Shown piece by piece: positions 1 to 10,435 of a stretch of 64,000 nucleotides of DNA. This DNA comes from Burkholderiales bacterium (GTDB taxonomy: Bacteria > Pseudomonadota > Gammaproteobacteria > Burkholderiales > Burkholderiaceae_C), in the NCBI GenBank assembly GCA_043717565.1, contig JAYSXE010000040.1, positions 4,417 to 68,416 of the forward strand, given 5' to 3'. Positions within the stretch are counted from its first letter, which is position 1. Each line of letters begins with the position of its first letter. A program made the position numbers and the translations under genes. The notes under the pieces are model-generated. The model saw only the letters and a program-made list of their open reading frames with translations, had not been told where the DNA came from and did not search any database.

Positions 1-524
1 AACTGCACGATGTCCACACCGTCGGCCTGCAGCGCCAAGGCTTCCTGGTTCAGCAGGTCGGCGAAGGCCATGGCCATCTGCACACGGTCGCCGTAGAAAC
101 GGTCGGCCACGGTGTCGACGATGGTCATGGGCCCGGGCAGCGTGAACTTGATCTTGCGGCGCGTGTGCGCGCGCAGGAAACGCGCCTCGGTCTCGTGCAC
201 GCGGCCCTTCAGCCGCAGCGGCGCCACCACCTGCGGCACCATCGCCTTGTAGCGGTCGTTGCGGATGCCCATCTCGACCTTGTGCTCGAAGTCGATGCCT
301 TCCACCTGCGCCAGGAAGCCGTGCACGAAGTGCTGACGGCTTTGCTCGCCGTCGCCAATCACGTCCAGGCCGGCGTCTTCCTGGGTCTTGATCCACAGCA
401 GTGTGGCGTCCAGCTTCGCCTGCGCCAACTCGGCGCCCGCGGCCTTCCACTCGGGCCACAACTTCTGGGTCTCGGCCAGCCACGAGGGCTTGGGAAGGCT
501 GCCGGCGATGGCGGTTTCAAACAT
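1..524 (-). CDS. Cobalamin-independent (core, MesD-like) methionine synthase, N-terminal part; runs off the window edge
   Basis: Not in the ORF track. Manual translation from ATG at 524 (GGAG RBS at ~533-536): MFETAIAGSLPKPSWLAETQKLWPEW...DGEQSRQHFVHGFLAQVEGIDF...KFTLPGPMTIVDT, typical of the MetE C-terminal-domain-only family. Confidence 0.85.
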   Translation of the reverse strand, partial: MFETAIAGSLPKPSWLAETQKLWPEWKAAGAELAQAKLDATLLWIKTQEDAGLDVIGDGEQSRQHFVHGFLAQVEGIDFEHKVEMGIRNDRYKAMVPQVVAPLRLKGRVHETEARFLRAHTRRKIKFTLPGPMTIVDTVADRFYGDRVQMAMAFADLLNQEALALQADGVDIVQ

Positions 525-586
525 GGGTTTTGCTCCAGGCGCTGGCAACAGCCAACGCCGCAGGGGTGAAAGGGCGCGGTGGTGCG

Positions 587-2656
587 TCAGGCGGGCTCGG
601 CAACCAGCAGGCCGCGTTTGCGCAGCAGCGGCTGCACCGTGGCCGGCCGGCCGCGGAAAGCCTGGTAGGTGGCCTGTGGTTCCACGCTGTTGCCAGCGCT
701 GTAGATGTGCTGTTTCAGGCGTGCGGCCACCTCGGGTGCAAAGGGGCTGCCCGCTTCCTTGAAGGCTTCATAACCATCGGCGTCCAGCACCTCGGCCCAC
801 AAATAGACGTAATAGCCTGCGGCGTAGCCCGAGCTAGAGAACAGGTGCTGGAAGTGCACCAGCCGGTGGTTCAGCCCCACGCCGTGCGGCAGCCCGTGCT
901 GGTGCAGCAGTTCGGCTTCAAAGGCGCACAGGTCGGCCGGTGGTTCGGCTTCGGTGCGCGAATGCACGGCCATGTCGACCAGCGCGCTGGCGGTGTAGCG
1001 CACCGTCTCATAGCCCTGCCCGAACTGCCGCGCCCGGTGCATGCGCTGCACCAGTTCGGCCGGAATCGGTTCGCCTGTTTGCCAATGGCGGGCATGGCGT
1101 TGCAGCACCTCGGGTTCGGTGATCCAGTGCTCGAAGATTTGCGACGGCAGTTCGACGAAGTCGCGCAACACCTGCGTGCCGGAAAGACTCTCGAAAGTGA
1201 CATTGGACAACAACCCGTGCAGCCCGTGGCCGAATTCGTGGAACAGCGTGCGCGCGTCGTCCAGCGACAGCAGCGTGGGCGCGCCCGGTGCGCCCTTGGC
1301 GAAGTTGTTGTTGTTCATGATCACCGCCATTTGCGCGGGCTGGCCCGCTGCCACGTTGCGTGTTTGCCAGCGCAGCGAATTCATCCATGCGCCGCTGCGC
1401 TTGGTGGGGCGTGCGAAGTTGTCTTGCAGAAAGATGCCCACCGCCGCACCGCCTGCGTCTTTGACCTCGTAGGCGGCCACGTCGGGGTGGTACACCGGCA
1501 GGTCGGCACGGCGCGTGAACTGCAGGCCGAAGAGCCGCTGCGCGCAGTCGAATGCCGCTGCCACCACGCTTTGCAGCGGGAAATAGGGCTTCACCTCGGA
1601 ATCGTCCACGGCATAACGTTCGCGCTTCACATGCTCGGCCCAGAAGCGCCAATCCCACGGTTCGACGCGCTCACTGTCCACACCGTGGGCACGCCTGGCC
1701 TGCTGCAGTTCGGCACGCTCGCGCTCTACCGCGGCCAACGCGCGTGGCCACACCTCGCCCAGCAGGCCCTGCACGGCGGCCCGGCTGCCGGCCATGGTGT
1801 CGGCCAGCGCGTGGTCGGCATAGCAGTCGTGGCCCAGCAGAGCGGCCTGTTCCTTGCGCAACCGCAGGATGTCGCGCGCCACGTCGCGGTTGTCGTGCTC
1901 GCCGGCGTGTTCACCCCGGCTGGTCCAGGCGCGCCAGGCCTGTTCACGCAGGTCTTCGCGGGTGGAATGGGTCAGGAAGGGCACCACCAGCGAACGCGCC
2001 AGCGTCACCACGTGCCCCGGCAGCCCGCGGTCGCTGGCGGCCTGCGCAGCGGCCTGCCGCAAGTCATCAGGGAGGCCGGCCAGTGCGGCTTCGTCGGGCA
2101 GCGGCATCGACCAGCTGCTTTCGTCATGCAGCACGTTCTGCGCAAAGCGTGTGGTCAGGCTGGCCAGTTCCTGCATCACCTGCGCGAAGCGTTCACGCTG
2201 CGGCAGGGCCAGGCAGGCGCCGGCGCGCACGAAGTCCAGGTGCGTGCGCTCCAGCAGGCGCAGCTGTTCACCCTGCAGGCCCAGGCCGTGCCGCTGGCGG
2301 TGCAGCGCGTCGATGCGCGCAAACAGCGCGGCGTCCTGGTACACGGCGCTGTTGTGCGCAGCCATCGGGGCGGCCATCGCACGCTGCACGGCCTGCAATT
2401 CAGGCCCGGTGGCCGAAGCGGTCAGGCTGTAGAACACCGAAGCCACGCGTGACAGCGTGGCACCGGCCCGGTCCATCGCCGCCACGGTGTTGTCAAAGTG
2501 GGCGGGTTCGGTCAGGTGGGCAATGGCCGCCAGCTCGGCGCGGTGCTCGGCCATGGCCTCGCGCAGGGCCGGTTCAAAGTGGCTGGGCGCAAAACGCTCA
2601 AACGGCGGCAGGCCGTGCGGCGTGTCCCAGGTTTGCAGCAAGGGGTTGTCGGTCAT
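587..2656 (-). CDS. dcp: M3 family metallopeptidase (peptidyl-dipeptidase Dcp-like)
   Basis: 689 aa; N-terminus NPLLQTW...LPPF, HEFGH zinc motif, DFVELPSQ, GYAAGYYVYLWAEVLDAD. Confidence 0.9.
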   Translation of the reverse strand: MTDNPLLQTWDTPHGLPPFERFAPSHFEPALREAMAEHRAELAAIAHLTEPAHFDNTVAAMDRAGATLSRVASVFYSLTASATGPELQAVQRAMAAPMAAHNSAVYQDAALFARIDALHRQRHGLGLQGEQLRLLERTHLDFVRAGACLALPQRERFAQVMQELASLTTRFAQNVLHDESSWSMPLPDEAALAGLPDDLRQAAAQAASDRGLPGHVVTLARSLVVPFLTHSTREDLREQAWRAWTSRGEHAGEHDNRDVARDILRLRKEQAALLGHDCYADHALADTMAGSRAAVQGLLGEVWPRALAAVERERAELQQARRAHGVDSERVEPWDWRFWAEHVKRERYAVDDSEVKPYFPLQSVVAAAFDCAQRLFGLQFTRRADLPVYHPDVAAYEVKDAGGAAVGIFLQDNFARPTKRSGAWMNSLRWQTRNVAAGQPAQMAVIMNNNNFAKGAPGAPTLLSLDDARTLFHEFGHGLHGLLSNVTFESLSGTQVLRDFVELPSQIFEHWITEPEVLQRHARHWQTGEPIPAELVQRMHRARQFGQGYETVRYTASALVDMAVHSRTEAEPPADLCAFEAELLHQHGLPHGVGLNHRLVHFQHLFSSSGYAAGYYVYLWAEVLDADGYEAFKEAGSPFAPEVAARLKQHIYSAGNSVEPQATYQAFRGRPATVQPLLRKRGLLVAEPA

Positions 2657-2757
2657 GTTCAGCCTGGGCTTAAAAAAGGTTGCAAGGGGCCGGCGCTGGT
2701 CAAGCCGCTGGCCCAGGGGCGGGCCGGTGCTGCAGCAGCAGCCCGTGTCGAGGCGCG

Positions 2758-3558
2758 TTATTTGCCGGCCTTGATGGCGGTTTCGTCTTCTTCGCGGTAA
2801 CGGCGGTCAGAGCAATTCTCGACCCAGCCTTTGCGCTCGCCGTCCAGCGCCACCGACACGTCGTTCCACTTGGCGTTGCGTTCGTTCCAGCTGGAAACGC
2901 GGGCGTCCAGCGCCGCGGCGCGGGCGTTGTAGGCCCGCACCACTTCGGTGTTGGTGACAGTCAGGCGGTTCTTCTCGGCGTCAAGCTCGGCGCCATCCTT
3001 GGCGATTTCTTCGCGCTCCTTGTTCAGTTCGGTGCGCGTTCTTTCGGCCTGGGCGCCGCCCTTCTTGTCTTCGTTGTGCGCGGCCACACGCTGGTTCCAG
3101 CTTTCCACACGGGTGCTGTAGGTCTTCAGGCGGGCCGAAAAATCATCCACCTGCTTGCGGATGTCGTTCAGCGGTGCCCTTTCAGCCTGCAGCGTGGCCT
3201 GTTCGGCGGTGATCGCCTGCTTTTCCTGGCTGAGCTTGGCGCGGTCGGCTTCCAGCCCTTCGATGCGCTTGCGGATGGACTCTTCCTGGCTGAAGCAGAC
3301 CCGCAGTTCGTCGCGGGTCAGGATCGGCTTGCGCGACGTGCCGCTGCTCTTGGCCAGGCCCTTGTCGTCTTCGGCAACGGCTGGCGCGGCTGCAGCAGCT
3401 GGCTTGACGGTGGCCGCAGCCTTGGGCGCCGACTTGGCGGCGGTCTGGGCCTGCACGGTGCCCAGGCACAGCAGCAGGGCCAGCGCCAGCGGTGCGGTTG
3501 TGCGGTACTGGAAATAAGGGCTGCGCGCCGGTGCAAGACGCTGCGTCGTTGACTTCAT
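2758..3558 (-). CDS. Hypothetical exported coiled-coil protein
   Basis: Signal peptide (LALALLLCLGTVQA), Ala/Lys-rich linker, long heptad-rich helix bracketed by two Cys (LRVCF...ENCSDRRY); start chosen at MKSTTQ. Confidence 0.7.
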   Translation of the reverse strand: MKSTTQRLAPARSPYFQYRTTAPLALALLLCLGTVQAQTAAKSAPKAAATVKPAAAAAPAVAEDDKGLAKSSGTSRKPILTRDELRVCFSQEESIRKRIEGLEADRAKLSQEKQAITAEQATLQAERAPLNDIRKQVDDFSARLKTYSTRVESWNQRVAAHNEDKKGGAQAERTRTELNKEREEIAKDGAELDAEKNRLTVTNTEVVRAYNARAAALDARVSSWNERNAKWNDVSVALDGERKGWVENCSDRRYREEDETAIKAGK

Positions 3559-3758
3559 GAAGGGCTTTCCTGACAGGGCTTCGGCCACATGGCGGCCACA
3601 TGGTTTGCAATGATGCCACCTTGCCCTGAGAGCCCGGCCATAGGGTTCGGCACCGGGTACCCGCGCTTGTGGCAAAGTGGCTGGTTAACTCCACCCGCCT
3701 GCCGCATGCCCAAGACCCGCGCCTTGCCCGCCATTCACCGCACCGCCCGGGTTCTGCC

Positions 3759-4319
3759 ATGGCACTGAAGGCCACCATCTACAAGGCGGCGCTGCAGGTC
3801 GCCGACATGGACCGCAACCTGTACGCCGACCACCAGCTGACCATGGCGCTGCACCCTTCGGAAACCGAAGAGCGGCTGATGATGCGGCTGCTGGCCTTTG
3901 CGCTGAACGTGCCGGCCGACGACCACGGCGGCGCGCTGACGCAGGCGCGCGGCCTGGCCGAGGCCGACGAACCCGACCTCTGGCAGCACGACCTGACCGG
4001 GCAGCTGCTGCACTGGGTGGAAGTGGGGCAACCCGAGGAGCGCCGCATCACGCGCGCATGCGGCCGAGCCAACCGCGTTACCTTGTACGGCTACGCTGCT
4101 TCCACCAGCGTGTGGTGGGCCGGCATCCAGAACAAACTGGCGCGCCTGACCAACCTGGCGCTGTGGCAGGTGCCTTCGCCGCAAAGCCTGGCACTGGCCG
4201 CGATGGCGCAGCGTTCGATGCAGTTGCAAATCACCGTGCAGGACGGCACGGTCTGGTTCAGCAACGGGCAGGACAGCATCGAAGTGCAACCCCTGGCCCT
4301 ACAGTCGCCAACCCGATGA
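3759..4319 (+). CDS. yaeQ: YaeQ family protein
   Basis: MALKATIYKAALQVADMDRN...HPSETEERLMMRLLA...DEPDLW...WVEVGQP. Confidence 0.92.
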   Translation: MALKATIYKAALQVADMDRNLYADHQLTMALHPSETEERLMMRLLAFALNVPADDHGGALTQARGLAEADEPDLWQHDLTGQLLHWVEVGQPEERRITRACGRANRVTLYGYAASTSVWWAGIQNKLARLTNLALWQVPSPQSLALAAMAQRSMQLQITVQDGTVWFSNGQDSIEVQPLALQSPTR

Positions 4320-6484
4320 AGCTTCCAACCACCCTGACCCTGTGCGCCGCACTGGTGATGGCTGCACCCGCCATGTCGCAGACCAGCAACCCCACACCCT
4401 CACCGGCGGCTTCCGCCGCCGACCCCTACCTGTGGCTGGAAGAGGTGCAGGGTGAACGCGCCCTGGCCTGGGTGCGCGAGCGCAACCGCGAAAGCGAAGC
4501 CGCGCTGATGACGCGCCCGGGCCACGAAGAACGGCGCAAGGCCATTTTGGAAGTGCTGGACTCGAAGGAGCAGATTCCCTACGTGCGGCGCCACGGCGCG
4601 TGGTTCTACAACTTGTGGCGCGACGCCGCCAACCCGCGCGGGCTGTGGCGGCGCACCACGCTGGACGAGTACCGCAAGGCCAGCCCGGCCTGGGAAACCG
4701 TGCTCGACCTGGACGCACTGGGCCGCGCCGAAAACGAAAACTGGGTGTGGGCCGGCGCCCAGTGCCTGGGCCCCGACCACCGGCGCTGCCTGATTTCGCT
4801 GTCGCGGGGCGGTGCCGATGCCAGTGTGGTGCGCGAGTTCGACACCGTGAGCAAGCAGTTCGTGGCCGACGGCTTTTCGGTGCCCGAGGCGAAAACCAGC
4901 ATCGAATGGCTGGACCTGAACACCGTGTACATCGGCAGCGACTTCGGCCCCGGGTCGCTGACCGATTCGGGTTATCCGCGTGTCATCAAACGCTGGCAGC
5001 GGGGGCAGCCGCTGGCCAGTGCCGTCACCGTGTTCACCGGCAAGGCCAGCGACGTGTCGGCCTACGTCAGCGTGGACCGCACGCCCGGCTTCCAGCGCAC
5101 CACCGTGGGCCGCGCGGTGAACTTCTACACCACCGAGCAGTTCCTGCTGCTCGAAGGCAAGGGCGGCACCAAGGCGCAACGCATCCAGAAGCCCGACGAC
5201 GCCCAGCTGGCGCTGTGGCGCGACAAGGCGCTGATCAACCTGCGCAGCCCCTGGCGTGCCGGCGGCAAGACCTGGCCCAGCGGCTCGCTGCTGGTGGCCG
5301 ACGCCGCGGCCTTCCTGCGTGGCACCGCCACCTACACCGCGCTGTTCACGCCCACGGCCACGCGTTCGCTCGAGGACTACACGCTCAGCCGCGACAGCGT
5401 CATCCTGAACCTGCTGGACAACGTGGCCAGCCGCATTGAAGAGTGGCGGCCGGGCGCCAGCGCCTCGGCCCCGTGGAAGCTGCGGGAAGTGGCCGCGCCC
5501 TACCCCGGCAAGCTGCACGCCACCGCGCTGCACGACCCTGAACTGCCCAACGACCCGCTGGCCGACGCCTACTTCCTGAACGCCGCCGACTTCCTGACCC
5601 CCGACACGCTGCAACTGCGCCGCACCGGCAGCGACGAAGCGCAGACGCTGAAATCGCGGCCTGCATTCTTCGACGCCAAGGGCATGCGCGTGGAACAGCG
5701 ATTTGCATCGTCGAAGGACGGCACGCGCGTGCCCTATTTCGTGGTCTGGCCCGACCGCAACCGCTTCGGAGCCCCCGCCGAAGGCACTAACCCGACGCTG
5801 CTGTATGGCTATGGTGGGTTCGAGGTGTCGCTGACGCCGTGGTATTCGGGCAGCATCGGCCGCACCTGGACCGGCCAGGGCGGCGTGTTCGTGGTGGCCA
5901 ACATCCGCGGCGGCGGTGAATTCGGCCCCACCTGGCACCAGGCCGCGGTGCTGCAGAACAAGCAGAAGAGCTACGACGACTTTGCTGCTGTGGCTGAAGA
6001 CCTGATTGCGGCACGCATCACTACGCCCAAGCACCTGGGCATCGAAGGCGGCAGCAATGGCGGCCTGCTGGTGGGCGCGGTGATGCTGCAGCGGCCCGAA
6101 CTCTTCAACGCCGTGGTCTGCCAGGTGCCGCTGCTGGACATGCGGCGTTACCACAAGCTGCTGGCCGGGGCCTCGTGGATGGCTGAGTACGGCGACCCCG
6201 AAAAACCGGCCGACTGGGCCGTGATGTCGCGCTACAGCCCCTATCAGAACGTGAAGCCCGGCACCCGCCTGCCCAAGGTGCTGCTGGTCACCAGCACGCG
6301 CGACGACCGCGTGCACCCCGGCCATGCGCGCAAGATGGCGGCGCGCATGCTGGAACAGGGCCACCCGCTGCTGTATTGGGAAAACATCGAAGGCGGCCAC
6401 GGTGGTGCTGCCGACAACAGCCAGCGCGCCACCATGCAGGCACTGGAATACACCTTCCTGTGGCAGCAACTGGGGGGCCGCTGA
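4316..6484 (+). CDS. Prolyl oligopeptidase (S9A), exported
   Basis: Signal peptide; DPYLWLEEV; YGYGGF; catalytic GGSNGG, DDRV, GGHG; ATGA overlap with the yaeQ stop. Confidence 0.92.
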   Translation: MKLPTTLTLCAALVMAAPAMSQTSNPTPSPAASAADPYLWLEEVQGERALAWVRERNRESEAALMTRPGHEERRKAILEVLDSKEQIPYVRRHGAWFYNLWRDAANPRGLWRRTTLDEYRKASPAWETVLDLDALGRAENENWVWAGAQCLGPDHRRCLISLSRGGADASVVREFDTVSKQFVADGFSVPEAKTSIEWLDLNTVYIGSDFGPGSLTDSGYPRVIKRWQRGQPLASAVTVFTGKASDVSAYVSVDRTPGFQRTTVGRAVNFYTTEQFLLLEGKGGTKAQRIQKPDDAQLALWRDKALINLRSPWRAGGKTWPSGSLLVADAAAFLRGTATYTALFTPTATRSLEDYTLSRDSVILNLLDNVASRIEEWRPGASASAPWKLREVAAPYPGKLHATALHDPELPNDPLADAYFLNAADFLTPDTLQLRRTGSDEAQTLKSRPAFFDAKGMRVEQRFASSKDGTRVPYFVVWPDRNRFGAPAEGTNPTLLYGYGGFEVSLTPWYSGSIGRTWTGQGGVFVVANIRGGGEFGPTWHQAAVLQNKQKSYDDFAAVAEDLIAARITTPKHLGIEGGSNGGLLVGAVMLQRPELFNAVVCQVPLLDMRRYHKLLAGASWMAEYGDPEKPADWAVMSRYSPYQNVKPGTRLPKVLLVTSTRDDRVHPGHARKMAARMLEQGHPLLYWENIEGGHGGAADNSQRATMQALEYTFLWQQLGGR

Positions 6485-6500
6485 GGGCCCGGCACACAGC

Positions 6501-7274
6501 GTGCTGCACTGGATCGACGACGACACGCCCTTGCCACCACCCGGGCTGGCGATGGGCGCCGACACTGACGCCCCGGGCCTGCTGGCCGCCGGTGGCACCG
6601 TTACCCCGGCCCGGCTGGTAGAGGCCTACAGCCAGGGCATCTTCCCCTGGTACAGCACCGGCCAGCCCGTGCTGTGGTGGAGCCCCGACCCGCGCATGGT
6701 GCTGCCGGTGCAGCAGTTCCACCTGTCGCACACGATGAAGAAAACGCTGCGCCGCTTCCTGCGCACTCCCGGCTGCACCGTGCGCTTTGACAGCCAGTTC
6801 GAAACCGTGATGAAAGCCTGCGCCGGCACCCCGCGCGACGGGCAGGAAGGCACCTGGATCGTGCCCGACATGGTGCAGGCCTACACCGATGGCCACCGCG
6901 CCGGCTTCGTGCACTGCGCGGAAACCTACCTGCACGGTGAACTGGCGGGTGGCCTGTATTTCGTGAACCTGGGCCGCATGTGTTTTGGCGAGTCGATGTT
7001 CTCGTGGCGCACCGACGCCAGCAAGATTGCGCTGGCCGCCCTGGTGGCCGCCTGCCGCGTGCGCGGCGTGGACCTCATCGACTGCCAGCAGAACACCGGA
7101 CACCTGGCCCGCATGGGTGCGCATGAAATTCCGCGCAGCGCCTTCCAGGCCCATCTGCAGCGAACCGTGGCCGCTGCGCCGGTCATCGAATGGACCTATG
7201 ATGAAGCGGCTTGGGGCAGCCTGCTGGGCAGCCCGGGCACCCCGGACCCAACCGCTTCCCGGATCACCGCGTGA
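6501..7274 (+). CDS. aat: Leucyl/phenylalanyl-tRNA--protein transferase
   Basis: GLLAAGG...[11 protein letters not shown]...WWSPDPR...GESMFS...DASKIAL...IDCQQ; GTG start. Confidence 0.93.
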   Translation: MLHWIDDDTPLPPPGLAMGADTDAPGLLAAGGTVTPARLVEAYSQGIFPWYSTGQPVLWWSPDPRMVLPVQQFHLSHTMKKTLRRFLRTPGCTVRFDSQFETVMKACAGTPRDGQEGTWIVPDMVQAYTDGHRAGFVHCAETYLHGELAGGLYFVNLGRMCFGESMFSWRTDASKIALAALVAACRVRGVDLIDCQQNTGHLARMGAHEIPRSAFQAHLQRTVAAAPVIEWTYDEAAWGSLLGSPGTPDPTASRITA

Positions 7275-8056
7275 CCTACCCCAACGAGCTGCCGCTGCGG
7301 TCATTGCAGTTCTATGCAACGGCGCCCTACCCTTGCAGTTACCTGCCCGACCGCTTTGCACGGTCGCAGGTGGCCACCCCCAGCCACCTGATCAATGCCG
7401 ACACCTACTCGGGCCTGGTCGCAGGCGGTTTCCGGCGCAGCGGCATGTTCACCTACCGCCCTTACTGCGACGGCTGCCGCGCCTGCGTGCCACTGCGCGT
7501 GCCGGTAGAGCGCTTTGCCCCCACCCGCAGCCAGCGCCGCAGCGCCAAGGCGCACGCCGGCCTGAAAGCGCGCGTGTTGCGCCTGGGCTTCGTGACCGAG
7601 CACTACGAGCTGTACCTGCGCTACCAGGCCGGGCGCCACAGCGGCGGCGGCATGGACCAGGACAGCGTGGACCAGTACACCCAGTTCCTGCTGCAGAGCC
7701 GTGTCAATTCACGCATGGTGGAATTCCGCGAGCCCGGCGTCGGCAATGGGCTGGGCGCCTTGAAGATGGTGTCGATACTGGACGTGCTCAGCGACGGCAT
7801 CTCGGCCGTCTACACCTTCTACGAACCCGAACCCGGCACCAGCTACGGCACCTACGGCGTGTTATGGCAGATGGAACAAACCCGCATCCTGAAACTGCCT
7901 TACGTGTACCTGGGCTACTGGATCGAGCGCAGCCCCAAGATGGCCTACAAGGCGCAGTTCGGCCCACACCAGCTGCTGGTGGACGGGCGCTGGCAAGATG
8001 CACCGGTGGCGGGCCCCGACACGGGCCACGGCCAAGGCGCTGCCACGCCCGCATGA
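7271..8056 (+). CDS. bpt: Aspartate/glutamate leucyltransferase (ATE-like, Bpt)
   Basis: [18 protein letters not shown]...[30 protein letters not shown]...KMAYK; directly after aat. Confidence 0.9.
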   Translation: MTYPNELPLRSLQFYATAPYPCSYLPDRFARSQVATPSHLINADTYSGLVAGGFRRSGMFTYRPYCDGCRACVPLRVPVERFAPTRSQRRSAKAHAGLKARVLRLGFVTEHYELYLRYQAGRHSGGGMDQDSVDQYTQFLLQSRVNSRMVEFREPGVGNGLGALKMVSILDVLSDGISAVYTFYEPEPGTSYGTYGVLWQMEQTRILKLPYVYLGYWIERSPKMAYKAQFGPHQLLVDGRWQDAPVAGPDTGHGQGAATPA

Positions 8057-8715
8057 CGCCCACCGGCAGCGCCTTGCGCGGCTTGCTGCAAGACCGGCTG
8101 CAGGCCTTTGACACCGTTGCCATAGCGCCTGGTGAGCGGCGCCACGCCGCCGTGGCGCTGGCCGTGACCGAAGAGGGCCACGGCGCAGCCATCGACGGCC
8201 TGCCGCAGCACGCCACCTGGAGCGAAGCGCCTGCGCTGCTGCTGACGCGCCGCGCGAAGGGCCTGCGCAGCCATGCCGGCCAATGGGCGCTGCCGGGCGG
8301 CCGCATCGACAGCGGCGAAACGCCCGAACAGGCGGCGCTGCGCGAACTGTCTGAAGAAGTGGGCCTGCCCCTGCAAGGCAGCGATGTGCTGGGCCGGCTG
8401 GACGACTACGCCACCCGTTCCGGCTATGTGATCACCCCCGTGGTGGTGTGGGCCGGCGCTGCGCGCCAGGCCGTGCCGCACGAAGCGGAAGTTGCCAGCA
8501 TCCACCGCATCCCGGTGACGGAGTTCCTGCGTGCTGACGCGCCACTGCTGAACCACGTGCGCGGCGCCGAACACCCGGTGCTGCGCATGCCCGTGGGCGA
8601 ACGCTGGATTGCCGCCCCTACCGCCGCTTTCCTGTACCAGTTTGCGCAGTGCTGCCTGCTGGGCCACCCGCTGCGCGTGGCCCATTTCGACCAGCCGATG
8701 TTTGCCTGGAAGTGA
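8053..8715 (+). CDS. NUDIX hydrolase, CoA pyrophosphatase-like
   Basis: LLLTRR...[32 protein letters not shown] (NuCoA motif plus Nudix box). Confidence 0.88.
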   Translation: MTPTGSALRGLLQDRLQAFDTVAIAPGERRHAAVALAVTEEGHGAAIDGLPQHATWSEAPALLLTRRAKGLRSHAGQWALPGGRIDSGETPEQAALRELSEEVGLPLQGSDVLGRLDDYATRSGYVITPVVVWAGAARQAVPHEAEVASIHRIPVTEFLRADAPLLNHVRGAEHPVLRMPVGERWIAAPTAAFLYQFAQCCLLGHPLRVAHFDQPMFAWK

Positions 8716-10034
8716 ACGCAACAGCCACCACGCATGCCCTGCCCAGCGCACCCGCGGCAGGCGCCATGCAGCGCAAAAGGCTGCAGCGTGCAGGCTCGAA
8801 AACCGCCGTGCTGGCCCTGCTGCTGCACGCGGCCCTGACCTGGAGCCCTGCCGGCGCGCACGACACGGCTGCTGGCAGCGCATCGGCCGCGTCAAGCACG
8901 CCGGCCACCGCAGCGGCCACCCCACCCGCCGGCACCCCCGCCTCTGCCGCCGCACCGGCCTTCGCGCCAGTGCCCGGTGTGCTGCTGGCTGCGCCCACCA
9001 CCGCAACCCGCTGGGCCAGCGCCCCGCGTCTGGCGGGCCGTTTGCGGGCGGCCGACATCGGTCTGCTCATCAACACCGCAGACCCGTATTCGGTGGCCGT
9101 GGGCGAGCACTACATCCGCCGCCGCGGCCTGCGCCAAAGCCAGGTGCTGCGCCTGCAAATGCCCACCAACCCGGGTCTGACGCGGACTGAGTTTGCACAG
9201 CTGCAGGCCCGCATCAGCAGCCACTTCGGGCCGGCCACGCAGGCGCTGGCACTGGCCTGGAAAGCGCCCTACGCGGTGGAATGCAACAGCATCACCGGTG
9301 CGCTGGCGCTGGGCTTTGACGGCGACCTGTGCAGCAATGGCTGCAAACCATCGCGCCTGTCGCCCTACTTCAACAGCGCCACCGCCCGCCCCTTTACCGA
9401 CCTGCGGCTGCGGCCTTCGATGCTGCTGGCAGCCAACAGCGTGGAGCAGGCGCGTGAACTGATCGACCGCGGCGTGCGCGCCGACCATGCACTGGCGCGC
9501 ACCAACCGGGCGGCTGTGAATGTGATGCAACTGCTGACCGACGACGCCGCGCGCAGCGTGCGCAAGGTGCTGTACCCGCCCGCAGGCCCCATAGAGGGCG
9601 CGGGCGTGCAGGTGAACGTGGTGCCCGCCGCTGCGCTGGCCAGTGCGCGGCGGGTGCTGCTGGTGACCACCGGTTCCGTGAAGGTCGACCTGAGCACCCG
9701 GCCTGACTGGGTGGCCGGCGGCCTGGGCGACCACCTCACGTCCGTGGGCGGCGCATTGGCCGGCGCGCACAACCAGAGCACCGCACTGGAATGGATCGCG
9801 TCGGGCGCCACGGCCAGCCACGGCACCGTCAGCGAACCCTGCAACCACCTGCAGAAGTTCCCGCACCCGCAACTGCTGCTGCTGCATTACCTGCAAGGCG
9901 CCGCAGCGCTGGAGGCCTACTGGAAGAGCGTGGCCTGGCCGCAGCAGTCGCTGTTCATCGGCGAACCGTTGGCCGCACCGTTTGCGCTGCCCCGGCGGCC
10001 GCCGCTGGGCGCGCCCACGCCGGCCCGGTCTTAG
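8712..10034 (+). CDS. TIGR03790 family exported protein (family associated with PEP-CTERM/exosortase genomes)
   Basis: Signal-like N-terminus; GLLINTADPYSVAVGEHYI; DHLTSVGG; GATASHGTVSEPCNHLQKFPHP; FIGEPLAAPF; start uncertain. Confidence 0.8.
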   Translation: MNATATTHALPSAPAAGAMQRKRLQRAGSKTAVLALLLHAALTWSPAGAHDTAAGSASAASSTPATAAATPPAGTPASAAAPAFAPVPGVLLAAPTTATRWASAPRLAGRLRAADIGLLINTADPYSVAVGEHYIRRRGLRQSQVLRLQMPTNPGLTRTEFAQLQARISSHFGPATQALALAWKAPYAVECNSITGALALGFDGDLCSNGCKPSRLSPYFNSATARPFTDLRLRPSMLLAANSVEQARELIDRGVRADHALARTNRAAVNVMQLLTDDAARSVRKVLYPPAGPIEGAGVQVNVVPAAALASARRVLLVTTGSVKVDLSTRPDWVAGGLGDHLTSVGGALAGAHNQSTALEWIASGATASHGTVSEPCNHLQKFPHPQLLLLHYLQGAAALEAYWKSVAWPQQSLFIGEPLAAPFALPRRPPLGAPTPARS

Positions 10035-10364
10035 ACCACGCTGGCGGCGCAATTCGACGTCAGCCGCGCACCGCTGCGCGAGGCCTTGCGCCAGTTGATC
10101 GAAGTTCGGCTGGTCACCACCATGCCCTGCACGGCCACCAAGGTGATGCGCCTGTCGGTGGCCGACTTGCGCGAGATCCAGTCCATGCGCATCACGCTGG
10201 AGCGCTTTGCATTTGAAGAAGCCTGGCCGCGGCGCGGTGTAAGCTTTGCCGCTGAAATAAAACGGCGCCATGCCGTGTTGACGCATTCCATCGACGCTGG
10301 CGACAAGGCGCACTGCATCACTGCCGAACTGGCGCTGCACGGCCTCGTGTATGAAGCCAGCGGC
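10035..10364 (+). pseudogene. GntR/FCD family regulator remnant, lacking start and C-terminus
   Basis: In frame immediately after the TAG at 10032-10034: TTLAAQFDVSRAPLREALRQLIE (GntR wHTH)...DLREIQSMRITLERFAF...LHGLVYEASG (FCD start), then similarity is lost. Confidence 0.75.
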
Positions 10365-10435
10365 ATGACAGTGATGCCGGTGCGCCGGGTGTGCCGGCAG
10401 GGCGGCGTGAGCGCCCCGTCTTTCCGGACTCGCCC

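Noticed and set aside
6985-8715. 576-aa ORF suggesting a long NUDIX fusion
   Set aside because: The upstream part overlaps aat and bpt in another frame; the real start is the ATG at 8053
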